NCBI GenBank assembly: GCA_029856045.1
Contig: JAHQWG010000028.1
Coordinates: 32,001 to 96,000, forward strand
Direction: 5' to 3'
DNA from: Promethearchaeia archaeon
GTDB lineage: Archaea > Asgardarchaeota > Lokiarchaeia > Sigyniarchaeales > SOKP01
DNA: 64,000 nucleotides
Shown: piece after piece, positions 1 through 8,705 of the stretch
How the letters are laid out: the number at the start of each line of letters is the position of its first letter
How positions within the stretch are numbered: position 1 is the first letter of the stretch
Translations under genes and position numbers: made by a program
Notes under the pieces: model-generated
What the model was told of the DNA's origin: nothing
Database searches by the model: none
Seen by the model: only the letters and a program-made list of their open reading frames with translations

Positions 1-258
1 ATGTATCTATTACGCTATCGATATCACTAGTAGCAGAAAATATGAATTTATTTCCTTCCATTTTTCCATCTAACGAGCTGCTTCCAACTAAATCATAAAC
101 AAACAATCTTAATTTTTCAATATCTTTATTCATCTGTTTAGAAAGATATTTCAAATCTATTTCTCCATTTGTTTTTGCCATTCCTCTTAGAATGTTTTTT
201 AAATCTACCTTTCCCTCTGTTTCTCTAATTGAAGTATAATACTTCTCATCTTTAACTC
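1..258. repeat. Direct repeat copy A of the PCI/WH-coding segment (copy B 1823-2080)
   Basis: Colinear high-identity nucleotide match at offset 1822. Confidence 0.9.
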
Positions 259-1627
259 TTTTCTTCTTAGAAACCTTCACTACTACATAACCAATCCCAA
301 TAACTATACCAAAGATTACCATAACTGTTATGATAAATATGAGTTCTGAAGGAATTCCATCCGAATCAATTTCACCCCCACCGTCATCCGTACCAATACT
401 AAATTTCAAAAGAAATAAATAACTCCATTCATCATCCTGATCCTGTGTTGTTCCTACGACATAAATGTTATCAGAAGAATCAATTGCTACTCCATATCCA
501 GTATCTTTATCACTTTCACCCCATGTTTTATACCACTCTTGATCTCCTGAACTATTATATTTAATTAAAACCATGTTATTACCTGGACCAACACCGAAAC
601 TACATGATAATCCCACGACATAAACATTGTCAAGAGAATCAACTTTTACTCCATATCCTTCATCGTAATGAATTCCGCCCCATGTCTTATTCCATTCATG
701 ATTACCTGCATTGTTATATTTTACAAGCAAGATATAATAATCGCCCGTACCAGGAACTCCAGTTGATTCTACGACATAAATATTATCAGAAGAATCAACT
801 GCTACTCCGTATCCATATTCATCATTACTTCCGCCCCATGTTTTATTCCACTCTTGTACTCCTAAACTGTTATATTTCACAAAAACTACATCACGCTGTT
901 CCTCACCTGTACTCTGGGTATATCCAACAATATAAATGTTATCAGAAGAGTCAATCGCTATTCCCTCCCCTATATAAGTATTTACTCCACCACACGTTCT
1001 ATTCCACTCTTGTATTCCTAAACTATTGTATTTTACAAGAACTATATCAAAACCTCCCACACTGAAACTACTTGTAATTCCCACGATATAAATATTATCG
1101 GAAGAGTCAACTGCTATTCCGCCACCATACTCATATCCACTTCCACCCCACGTTCTATTCCATTCTTGTATTCCTAAACTATTGTATTTTACAAGAACTA
1201 TATCATAACCTCCCACACCGAAACTACTTGTTCTTCCTACGATATAAATATTATCAGAAGAATCAATTACCAATTCACATCCCGAATCGTGTTGATTTCC
1301 GCCCCATGTACTATTCCACTCTTGTGTTCCTGAACTGTTATATTTCGCAAGAACCATATCCCAATCTCCCAGCGTCTCGGTTCTTCCAACAACGTAAATA
1401 TTATCAAAAGAATCAATTGCTACTCCATATCCATAGTCATCGTTACCTCCGTTCCAGGTTTCTTCCCATTCTAAAACCATTGAATTACTTATAGATGGAA
1501 TAATTAATGTAGTTATATTACTTGTTTGTAAATAAAAACCAAAATATAAGCTTGGAAATATAATAAAAATCAAAAATAATGAAAGAGATATGCTCATTAT
1601 TAAATTCGTAATTTTCTTCTTTAGCAA
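1..1627 (-). CDS. Surface beta-propeller (SBBP-type repeat) protein with a TM helix and C-terminal PCI/winged-helix domain; 3' end runs off the window
   Basis: Missing from the ORF track. Read by hand from TTG at 1627: N-terminal hydrophobic segment, repeats such as WNGGNDDYGYGVAIDSFDNIYVVG...KYNSSGTQEWNSTWGG, a TM segment near 290-345, then YYTSIRETEGKVDLKNILRGMAKTNGEIDLKYLSKQMNKDIEKLRLFVYDLVGSSSLDGKMEGNKFIF. Confidence 0.85.
   Translation of the reverse strand, partial: MLKKKITNLIMSISLSLFLIFIIFPSLYFGFYLQTSNITTLIIPSISNSMVLEWEETWNGGNDDYGYGVAIDSFDNIYVVGRTETLGDWDMVLAKYNSSGTQEWNSTWGGNQHDSGCELVIDSSDNIYIVGRTSSFGVGGYDIVLVKYNSLGIQEWNRTWGGSGYEYGGGIAVDSSDNIYIVGITSSFSVGGFDIVLVKYNSLGIQEWNRTCGGVNTYIGEGIAIDSSDNIYIVGYTQSTGEEQRDVVFVKYNSLGVQEWNKTWGGSNDEYGYGVAVDSSDNIYVVESTGVPGTGDYYILLVKYNNAGNHEWNKTWGGIHYDEGYGVKVDSLDNVYVVGLSCSFGVGPGNNMVLIKYNSSGDQEWYKTWGESDKDTGYGVAIDSSDNIYVVGTTQDQDDEWSYLFLLKFSIGTDDGGGEIDSDGIPSELIFIITVMVIFGIVIGIGYVVVKVSKKKRVKDEKYYTSIRETEGKVDLKNILRGMAKTNGEIDLKYLSKQMNKDIEKLRLFVYDLVGSSSLDGKMEGNKFIFSATSDIDSVIDT
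993..1266. repeat. Near-identical tandem propeller-blade repeats, period 156 nt
   Basis: cacgttctattcca(c/t)tcttgtattcctaaactattgtattttacaagaactatatca at 993 and 1149; more diverged copies across about 460-1470. Confidence 0.85.
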
Positions 1628-1772
1628 ATCTCTACCCTTTTACTAACTAATTTAAATATATAAAATATAATTTTTAATGTATTTAAGTTTATTACCATCA
1701 AATCTACATCTTTACATTTAAGTATAAAAAAAATTATATACATGCAAATAATTGAAAGGAAAATCAATCTAT

Positions 1773-2306
1773 TCAAATTTTTCCTTTATCTTGTTTTTCC
1801 CAATCAGCATAACTGTCTAATAGAGTATCTATTGCGTTTTCGATATCAATAGAATCGGATAATATGAATTTATTTCCCTCCATTTTTCCATCTAATGAAC
1901 TACTTCCAACCAAATCATAAACAAACAACCGTAATTTTTCAATATCTTTATTCATTTGTTTAGAAAGATATTTCAAATCGATTTCTCCAGTTGTTTTTAC
2001 CATTCCTCTTAAGATGTTTTTTAAATCGACCTTTCCCTCAGTGTCTCTAATTGAGGTATAATATTCCTCCTTTCTAACTCGTACATTTTTTTGGAGCTTA
2101 CGTTCAATCAGTTCAAATGGTATCATAATTATCAGCAAAAGGATTATATAAGCTATTATGTATGTATACATTTGCTGGATAATACTCAAAATTATACAAA
2201 TAATAAATGTTACACAAATAATTCCCCCTATAGACTCATAAATAACTCTTACAGCTTTCTCCTTTGGGGTATAATCCCTAAATTTTACTTTGAAGTCTTT
2301 AGACAT
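1773..2306 (-). CDS. Two-TM membrane protein with C-terminal PCI/winged-helix domain
   Basis: Two hydrophobic helices, then GEIDLKYLSKQMN...VYDLVGSSSLDGKMEGNKFIL, a PCI-like WH pattern. Confidence 0.8.
   Translation of the reverse strand: MSKDFKVKFRDYTPKEKAVRVIYESIGGIICVTFIICIILSIIQQMYTYIIAYIILLLIIMIPFELIERKLQKNVRVRKEEYYTSIRDTEGKVDLKNILRGMVKTTGEIDLKYLSKQMNKDIEKLRLFVYDLVGSSSLDGKMEGNKFILSDSIDIENAIDTLLDSYADWEKQDKGKI
1823..2080. repeat. Direct repeat copy B of the PCI/WH-coding segment
   Basis: Matches 1-258. Confidence 0.9.
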
Positions 2307-2694
2307 GATTTTACCATAGAATTTAATTTATTAAATCTATTAATAATTAATAATGATTTCTCTGTTTTACTATATATATTTTGATAGTGTCATGCAAAAA
2401 TTTTTTTAAGTTCCAATGAGCGAAGATAAGTTAGGAACATTCACATTTAATTGAATATATAATCTCCTTGTCCTTTTTTCATAAATGTAAAAATAATTTA
2501 AATCATAAAAACTCTTAAATTTATCAAATTTAAGATAACTTTTACATTACTAAATAATATTTAATTTTATGATTATTATTACTCAATGAGATCATATATT
2601 TAAAGAAAAAAGGTGCATGTATTTATTAGATTTGTTTTATTAAATTTATATTGAATTTAATGTAATTTTCAAAAACATTTACAAACGAGTTCCA

Positions 2695-3282
2695 ATGAGT
2701 GAAAATTTAAAATGTAATGTATGTGGTGGAGAAATTTCTGAAGATGATCTTGCATTATTAAAAATTCAGAAAAAAATTGAATGTAGATATTGTAAAAATC
2801 TGATAGTTTTAGATGAAAAGACCGCTAAGATTAAAGAAGATTTATGTTGTGTAATATGTGGGGGTGCTTTAGCGGTTGAAGATCTATCGGAAAAGGCTCT
2901 AGCCTGTAAGTATTGTCAAAATGATTTAGAAGAAATATCTTATAGCGAAGCTAATTATCCAGAAATTTTTAACAGATTAAAAGCCATACCCGAAGAAAAA
3001 ATTATTGAGATTTATAAGACTTTAATGAGAGAGGAGAATTTTGAACAGTTAAATAAAGATGACCAAATTAAATTAAAAAAATTTGGTGAATCTTTTATAC
3101 CAAAAATGAAAGAAATTTATAAAGCGAATAAATGGGATATGGCTACAAAAGCTATTGGATGGTTAGGTCATAGTTTGGGAACCTTATTAGGATTAACAAT
3201 ACTAGGTGGTACAATTGGAGGAGCAGTGGGAGTATTGTTATCAGTATTAGGAGTTGCATTCGTTAGAGGCAAGGCAAAATAA
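2695..3282 (+). CDS. Double Zn-ribbon protein with C-terminal Gly-rich membrane anchor
   Basis: CNVC..CRYC and CVIC..CKYC; C-terminal GTLLGLTILGGTIGGAVGVLLSVLGVAFV. Confidence 0.8.
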   Translation: MSENLKCNVCGGEISEDDLALLKIQKKIECRYCKNLIVLDEKTAKIKEDLCCVICGGALAVEDLSEKALACKYCQNDLEEISYSEANYPEIFNRLKAIPEEKIIEIYKTLMREENFEQLNKDDQIKLKKFGESFIPKMKEIYKANKWDMATKAIGWLGHSLGTLLGLTILGGTIGGAVGVLLSVLGVAFVRGKAK

Positions 3283-3321
3283 ATTGAATAATTTGAAAAT
3301 TTAAGAATTAGATTTAAAATT

Positions 3322-4419
3322 ATGTTAGAATTTAGATTAGTTCCACAATTTCGCAATAATTGTGTGATTCAGGGTAAAAAAGAGTTAGTTAGCAGTTTTA
3401 AAGAAGGAGATACAGTATTTTTATTATCAAAAATTCCAACAAAAACATTTTCTATCTTAACAAAAGTTGAAGGGATTATAGATTCTGATGAGAATCTTAT
3501 CTACATCGATCAAAGGATACTTGGTAAATTAGCAGAAAATGATATGGTGACGATTTTAAAACATAATCCAGCCGAAGCATTAACAATATATTTAGCAATA
3601 TCGGAATCTTTTTCCAGAGTTTTCAGCGGTGATTGGACATCTTTTGCCAAAAAACCATTAGAAAATAAAGTTTTTGATTTTGGACAAGAAGTATCATTTA
3701 TAATTCCCTGGGAAGATGAACATGGAAACCAACTTCCTCCAATTGCTATTTCAGGATTTGTATATTCAACTGTTCCTACACCACCTATAAAAGTTGGATT
3801 ACAAACGAAAATATATTTGAAAAAATTTCCTGAACTACAGCTACAAAAAATAAAACAAACTGGTTTTGAAAAACAAGAAGCACGTGTAAATATATTGGAT
3901 AATGAAATCCAACAAAACATTTTGCACCTTATGCAAACGATTAAACAAAATAATTATCCAACTAAGGCAAATAAATATAAATTTAAAAATGTTAATGCAA
4001 AACAATTATTTGCCTCTATAAACGAGGTTTTTAAAGGATTTCGAGTTGTTGAAGGGCCAACTGAAAAGACATTTGATAGTGAAAATCAATCATTTTTAGG
4101 TTCCATTGTTTATCTTGCTGAAGAAACTACAGATTCTCTGGCAGTTATTGATCTTCAGGTATTAGCAAAAAATCAAAATGGAGAAGTAATACTAATGGTC
4201 ACTGCTAAAGATAATGATGTTGTTTATAATCTGTTAAATAAATATGATTTATTAATTCGCAAAATTAAAATTGGGTTAGAAGAAAAAGCAGAGCTAAAGG
4301 TTGAGATTTGTCCTAGCTGTGGGGCAGATTTACCTCTTGATGATGTGGACTCAGATGGATCTATTGAATGTTTATATTGCCACAGAACCTCAATTATTCC
4401 AAAATCATATAGATACTAG
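3322..4419 (+). CDS. CDC48 N-domain/UFD1-fold protein with platform-like middle domain and C-terminal Zn ribbon; no ATPase domain
   Basis: IYIDQRILGKLAENDMVTI...AEALTIYL...LENKVFDFGQEVSF...VYSTVPTPPIKVGLQTKIYL follows the CDC48_N + CDC48_2 pattern; CPSC..CLYC at the C-terminus; no Walker A. Confidence 0.65.
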   Translation: MLEFRLVPQFRNNCVIQGKKELVSSFKEGDTVFLLSKIPTKTFSILTKVEGIIDSDENLIYIDQRILGKLAENDMVTILKHNPAEALTIYLAISESFSRVFSGDWTSFAKKPLENKVFDFGQEVSFIIPWEDEHGNQLPPIAISGFVYSTVPTPPIKVGLQTKIYLKKFPELQLQKIKQTGFEKQEARVNILDNEIQQNILHLMQTIKQNNYPTKANKYKFKNVNAKQLFASINEVFKGFRVVEGPTEKTFDSENQSFLGSIVYLAEETTDSLAVIDLQVLAKNQNGEVILMVTAKDNDVVYNLLNKYDLLIRKIKIGLEEKAELKVEICPSCGADLPLDDVDSDGSIECLYCHRTSIIPKSYRY

Positions 4420-4450
4420 ATTTTATTCTTATTAAAATTGAGGATATTGA

Positions 4451-5230
4451 ATGGATTCCGATAGATATACACGTTTAAAAGCAATAAAAGAATTTGGTTA
4501 TGATATAAATTGGGATGATCTTAAAAAATACCATGTTGGCATAGTTGGAGTTGGTGGGTTAGGTGCAGTTTCAGCCGAAATGGCTACAAGGTGTGGAATT
4601 GGCAAGATTTCATTGTTTGATTTTGATATTGTAGAAGAAGTTAATCTCAATAGATTATTTTTTAAACCTCAACATGTGGGTTTATTAAAAGTTGAAGCGG
4701 CAAAAAAGATTCTGAAAGAAATAAATCCTGATGTGGAGTTTTTTACTTATCCTAAAGACATTATGGATATGGATTTTGAACCCATATTTGATAAAAAGAT
4801 TCAAGAAATAGATATTATTCTTAATGGAGTTGATAATCTAGCTGCTCGTGAGTATTTGAATATAAAATGCATTAGATTCAAAATACCTTATATAAATGCT
4901 GGTGCATCTAGAAGTGGTCTATCAGGTTATGTCCATCCAATAATCCCTTATAAAACAGCTTGTTCTGCATGCATAAAGCGGATTAATATTGAAAAATCTA
5001 ATGACCGTGGAGAGCCATGCACCGCATCTCTGCCATCAACTATGGCGATATTAGCTAGTATTCAAATTCAAGAACTGCTGAAGTATTTATTGAAATTTGG
5101 GACGATGATCGATTATGTCATGTACAATATGCTTTCTGGAGAATTTTCATATTATAAGACAATCAGAGATAATAAGTGTTCAATTTGTGGAGACTTTAAT
5201 GTTCTAAAGGAAAATGAAAAACATTTATAG
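4451..5230 (+). CDS. uba5: UBA5-like ubiquitin-like-protein activating enzyme (E1, ThiF family)
   Basis: GVGGLG; AEMATRCGIGK; NLNRLFFKP; CSAC/CSIC Zn ligands; catalytic GEPC190TASLPSTM; ELLKYLLKFG. These match UBA5-specific motifs as remembered (AEMLTRCGIGK, NMNRLFFQP, GVCAASLPTTM, NVLKFLLNFG). Confidence 0.88.
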   Translation: MDSDRYTRLKAIKEFGYDINWDDLKKYHVGIVGVGGLGAVSAEMATRCGIGKISLFDFDIVEEVNLNRLFFKPQHVGLLKVEAAKKILKEINPDVEFFTYPKDIMDMDFEPIFDKKIQEIDIILNGVDNLAAREYLNIKCIRFKIPYINAGASRSGLSGYVHPIIPYKTACSACIKRINIEKSNDRGEPCTASLPSTMAILASIQIQELLKYLLKFGTMIDYVMYNMLSGEFSYYKTIRDNKCSICGDFNVLKENEKHL

Positions 5231-5281
5231 TATTATGAAAAAAATCTCTGATAATTTAATTAAAAAACTGGAGGAATAAAA

Positions 5282-6508
5282 ATGGATTTTGTAAAAATTA
5301 CAGAGGATATTTTAAATTTTATTAAAAAGCAGGCCATATTAAGCACTGATGAGATATATGGATGGTTAATTGGATATCAAATGAATAATATTCCATACAT
5401 AATTACCGCTCTCGATTGTCAAAATTATCTACAGCAGTCATACATCAACGCCATCCCTGATCCCCTAGAGATTCAAAAAATTGGTGGCTTAATGCCTCAC
5501 GGGATTGGCATTATTGGTATATATCATTCTCATCCCTTTAAAAGTGAAGTTTTTCATTCTCATACAGACGATGAAACTCTAATAAGCTTAAGTAAACAAC
5601 TTCCAAATTGTGTGTCAATTGTAACAAATGGAAAAGATATTAATTATTATCAAATGGATAAGTCATTTAAATTAGTGGATATTGATCCAAAAATCTGGAA
5701 ACCTGAAATACCAGAATTCTTACCCATTTTTTTTAATAATTCATTTATTATTAATTTAGAGAAAAATCTACTCAATAATGAGAGCCTACATGTAAAAATA
5801 TTTAATAAATTTAAAGATTATTTAGAAGAGAATTGGGATGATTTTAAATTATTCAAAAATAATATAGAAATTTCTTATAATGAAAAAATAAATCAATATT
5901 TTAAATCTTCTCTGGATGGAAATTATCTGGAATTGAAGTTTAAAAATAAAAAGAATATTAATGAATTAATTAAAATTAATGTATTCAATGAAGAAATAGG
6001 CGTTAAAGTTGCAGACCAAGCTGATATGGTTTCTTTGCAATTAAATCTTAAATCCTTAGATCTTTTTTATATTACCGATAAAAATAGTATTAATGAACTC
6101 AGAAATTCAATTAAAATTGAAATAATAAATAATAGTATAATGCCAAAAATCTTTCGATGCTTAATTGATATTGATAATTCTGAATTACGAATACCAAATG
6201 AGCTTTTTCTTAATTTATATGGATTTTTCATAAAAGTTAATTATTATAATCAAGAGATTATTCAAAAATTAAATGATACTTATCCAATCAACAATAATTA
6301 TGAAAATCTTTCGATAAAAAATTGGGAATTTTTAGGTAGGATGTTAAAAATAGTGGATTTATATTTATCTTTAAAAATTGATAAATCTTCAAAAAGGCTT
6401 CTCATCGAATTAGTTGAAAATTTAATTAAATTATCCAAAAATCACAAATGGTATGATAAGATAAAAAAAGTTTTAGATAAACAAAAAGAATCTTTATTAC
6501 GATCATAA
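5282..6508 (+). CDS. JAB1/MPN+ (JAMM) metalloprotease with long C-terminal domain
   Basis: EIYGWLIG...GIYHSHPFKSEVFHSHTD fits E-xn-HxH-x8-S-x2-D. Confidence 0.85.
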   Translation: MDFVKITEDILNFIKKQAILSTDEIYGWLIGYQMNNIPYIITALDCQNYLQQSYINAIPDPLEIQKIGGLMPHGIGIIGIYHSHPFKSEVFHSHTDDETLISLSKQLPNCVSIVTNGKDINYYQMDKSFKLVDIDPKIWKPEIPEFLPIFFNNSFIINLEKNLLNNESLHVKIFNKFKDYLEENWDDFKLFKNNIEISYNEKINQYFKSSLDGNYLELKFKNKKNINELIKINVFNEEIGVKVADQADMVSLQLNLKSLDLFYITDKNSINELRNSIKIEIINNSIMPKIFRCLIDIDNSELRIPNELFLNLYGFFIKVNYYNQEIIQKLNDTYPINNNYENLSIKNWEFLGRMLKIVDLYLSLKIDKSSKRLLIELVENLIKLSKNHKWYDKIKKVLDKQKESLLRS

Positions 6509-6582
6509 TGAATAATTAAATAGATTAAAAAAATTGATTATTATATAATATAAAAATTTAAAAAAATTGAGGGTAGTAGTTA

Positions 6583-7401
6583 ATGGCAAATATTGGCATC
6601 ACTACAGTTTATTTTGTTAATAAGTTTGCTCCAGAAAAAAAACATATTCCATTTCCAGTTTCTCCTTCAATGACAATGGCAGATCTTTTACCAGAGTTAT
6701 CTAAAAAGTTTAATATACATTTACAAAATATTTCAATTGCGGTGCAGGATTCACAAGTTTTAACGATAGAAGAATATTCTTTATCACTAAAGAATTTAAT
6801 TGATAAATTTGGTAAAACATTTGATATTATTGATAGAAATATAGTAGGCACTGAGAAATCTGATGCACAATATTCAGAAAGTCTGGTGGATGAATTAATT
6901 CCTGAGTTTGGAGCCGAATGGGCTAAGATAGGTCCCAAACATCCACGTTGGCAAGAAAGAATAAAAAAAGAAATAGAAAATATCTTAAGATACGTACATT
7001 ATCTAAAAAAACTTTCAAATGAGCCATGGTTTAGATTGGTTCCTTCGAAAAATCCTAGACATAATTACCTCATTTGGAATGGACATATCCTTGTTCCAAA
7101 ACGACCAGAAATAAAATTTGATATCGCAATATTATTAACTTCAGAGTATCCTAAAAATTGCCCACGTTGTTTTGCAGATGACAAAATAATGGATTATTGT
7201 GGAAAACTATATTTTGGTAATGTATGGGAGCAAGAAGGGCATAAATACGTGATGATATGCCATGACCATATGAGTGAAACCACCGCCTGGAAAGAATCAC
7301 TGGGGATTGTTCATTTCTTCATAAGAGAGATTTGGATTTGGTGGATGGCTCAACAAAATTTCATCATTCAAAATTGGGATGAAAAGCATGGTAAAAAGTA
7401 A
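6583..7401 (+). CDS. UFM1-like modifier (aa 1-89, 6583-6849) fused to UFC1-like E2 (aa 90-272)
   Basis: KFGKTFDIIDRNIVG resembles UFM1 KHGSELRIIPRDRVG; GPKHPRWQERIKKEIENILRYV...NEPWFRL resembles UFC1 [23 protein letters not shown]...NDWFRL; YPKNCP; catalytic MIC226HDH. Confidence 0.85.
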   Translation: MANIGITTVYFVNKFAPEKKHIPFPVSPSMTMADLLPELSKKFNIHLQNISIAVQDSQVLTIEEYSLSLKNLIDKFGKTFDIIDRNIVGTEKSDAQYSESLVDELIPEFGAEWAKIGPKHPRWQERIKKEIENILRYVHYLKKLSNEPWFRLVPSKNPRHNYLIWNGHILVPKRPEIKFDIAILLTSEYPKNCPRCFADDKIMDYCGKLYFGNVWEQEGHKYVMICHDHMSETTAWKESLGIVHFFIREIWIWWMAQQNFIIQNWDEKHGKK

Positions 7402-7572
7402 TTACATATAAAATTTTTTAATTTTTTCAATTTATAAAGTTATTTTTTAAATAACAAATGAAGGCGAAATATTATTAAAAGTAAGGTAAAAAAACCTGAA
7501 GAATTAAAAGCATTTACTTACGGAATAAAAAATAGAATATTATCAAATATTAAAAGCATTGAAGCAAAATTA

Positions 7573-8625
7573 ATGAAAATTATTCAATATTATATAAAAT
7601 TGGATAATATGGAGATTAATAATGAATTAGAAAAACTTAGAAGGAATCTATTGAAGTTAAAAGATACTTTAAACGCATATAGAATCCCTCCATCATTAAC
7701 AAAGATTGATAAAATAAAGAAGAACGTTATTAATAAAATAAAAATGGTAATTTTCTATTTAGAATTGATACTGATTGAAACGGAAAAAACTATTTATGAT
7801 TTTGAAGAAAGTACCCTTGATTTCAAGGATAATGATAATATTGAAGAGGTTCTCAATATTTTCTCAGAATGTGATAAAAAGATAAATAATTTATTATTAC
7901 AATTGGATAATTTTGGAGATCTAACTCAATTTAAAAATATTTTCGATTTGATTGAACCTGAAATTGAAAAACTATATCCTAAATCTAAAGATATCGAGAA
8001 AATTTTGAAGCTAAGTAAAAAAGCCAATTTATTAAAAATCGAGAGAGAGAAATTACCAACAATTCTGAAAATTGAAAGGGAAGAAAAGAAAGAAGTAAAA
8101 GAAAAAAAAATTATTCAACCTTTAGAAACTGCAGAAGAAAATAATGAAGTTCTACGTAATATTTTCGAAAGATTCTCCTTAAAGGTTCCAAATAAGAGTC
8201 AATTAATTGATAGTATCGTATCGATTGGGGATTCTAAAATAACAAACGAATTAGGGGGAGTCGTAAAAATAACAGCATTATATAACTTTATAAAAGATGA
8301 GAATAAGGATTTAGATTTTACATTAGACGATTTAAACAAAGTTTTAAAATATATGAGAAAGAAAGGATATATTTCAGATATTGAAGAGATTGAAAATCTA
8401 AAGTTAGTAAAATTTATTCCACTTGAACTATCATCAGATCCAAAATTATTATTAGAATCCGTAGGATTCGAAGGCGTGGAGACTAAAGAAAATTTAATGA
8501 AAAAACTTAATTGGCCAGAATCAAGAGTGGATGAGGTTTTAAGGTTTTTAATTGACAAGGGAATATGCAAATCAGAAAATAATTCTTTAATAAGTGAAAG
8601 ATTTTACTTTCCAGGATTAGTATAG
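7573..8625 (+). CDS. Coiled-coil protein with C-terminal ESCRT-II Vps22/Vps36 (EAP30) tandem winged helices; frame stays open upstream to about 7462
   Basis: GGVVKITALY...DDLNKVLKYM...FIPLELSSDPKLLL...GVETKENLMKKLNWPESRVDEVLRFLIDKG...FYFPGL follows the SNF8/Vps22 pattern. Confidence 0.8.
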   Translation: MKIIQYYIKLDNMEINNELEKLRRNLLKLKDTLNAYRIPPSLTKIDKIKKNVINKIKMVIFYLELILIETEKTIYDFEESTLDFKDNDNIEEVLNIFSECDKKINNLLLQLDNFGDLTQFKNIFDLIEPEIEKLYPKSKDIEKILKLSKKANLLKIEREKLPTILKIEREEKKEVKEKKIIQPLETAEENNEVLRNIFERFSLKVPNKSQLIDSIVSIGDSKITNELGGVVKITALYNFIKDENKDLDFTLDDLNKVLKYMRKKGYISDIEEIENLKLVKFIPLELSSDPKLLLESVGFEGVETKENLMKKLNWPESRVDEVLRFLIDKGICKSENNSLISERFYFPGLV

Positions 8626-8705
8626 AAATTATTTAAAAACATTAATATAGAATAAAGTTTAACAAATAAATTAAAAATAAAATATTTAATAAACGGGTGT
8701 AAAGA

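Noticed and set aside
460-1470. Possible CRISPR array or DGR template/variable repeat pair
   Set aside because: The period is a codon multiple inside an ORF; there are no unique spacers and no cas or reverse transcriptase gene
604-1494. Plus-strand ORFs 604-1065 and 1228-1494 with repeated motifs
   Set aside because: Antisense shadows of the minus-strand propeller gene; the periodicity is coding repeats
2695-3282. RING E3 ligase
   Set aside because: Four CxxC pairs form two sequential ribbons; no cross-brace C3HC4/C3H2C3 spacing
4451-5230. Ordinary MoeB/ThiF sulfur-carrier activator
   Set aside because: Motifs are UBA5-specific (NRLFF, CTASLPSTM), an E2 is adjacent, and no Moco or thiamine genes are nearby
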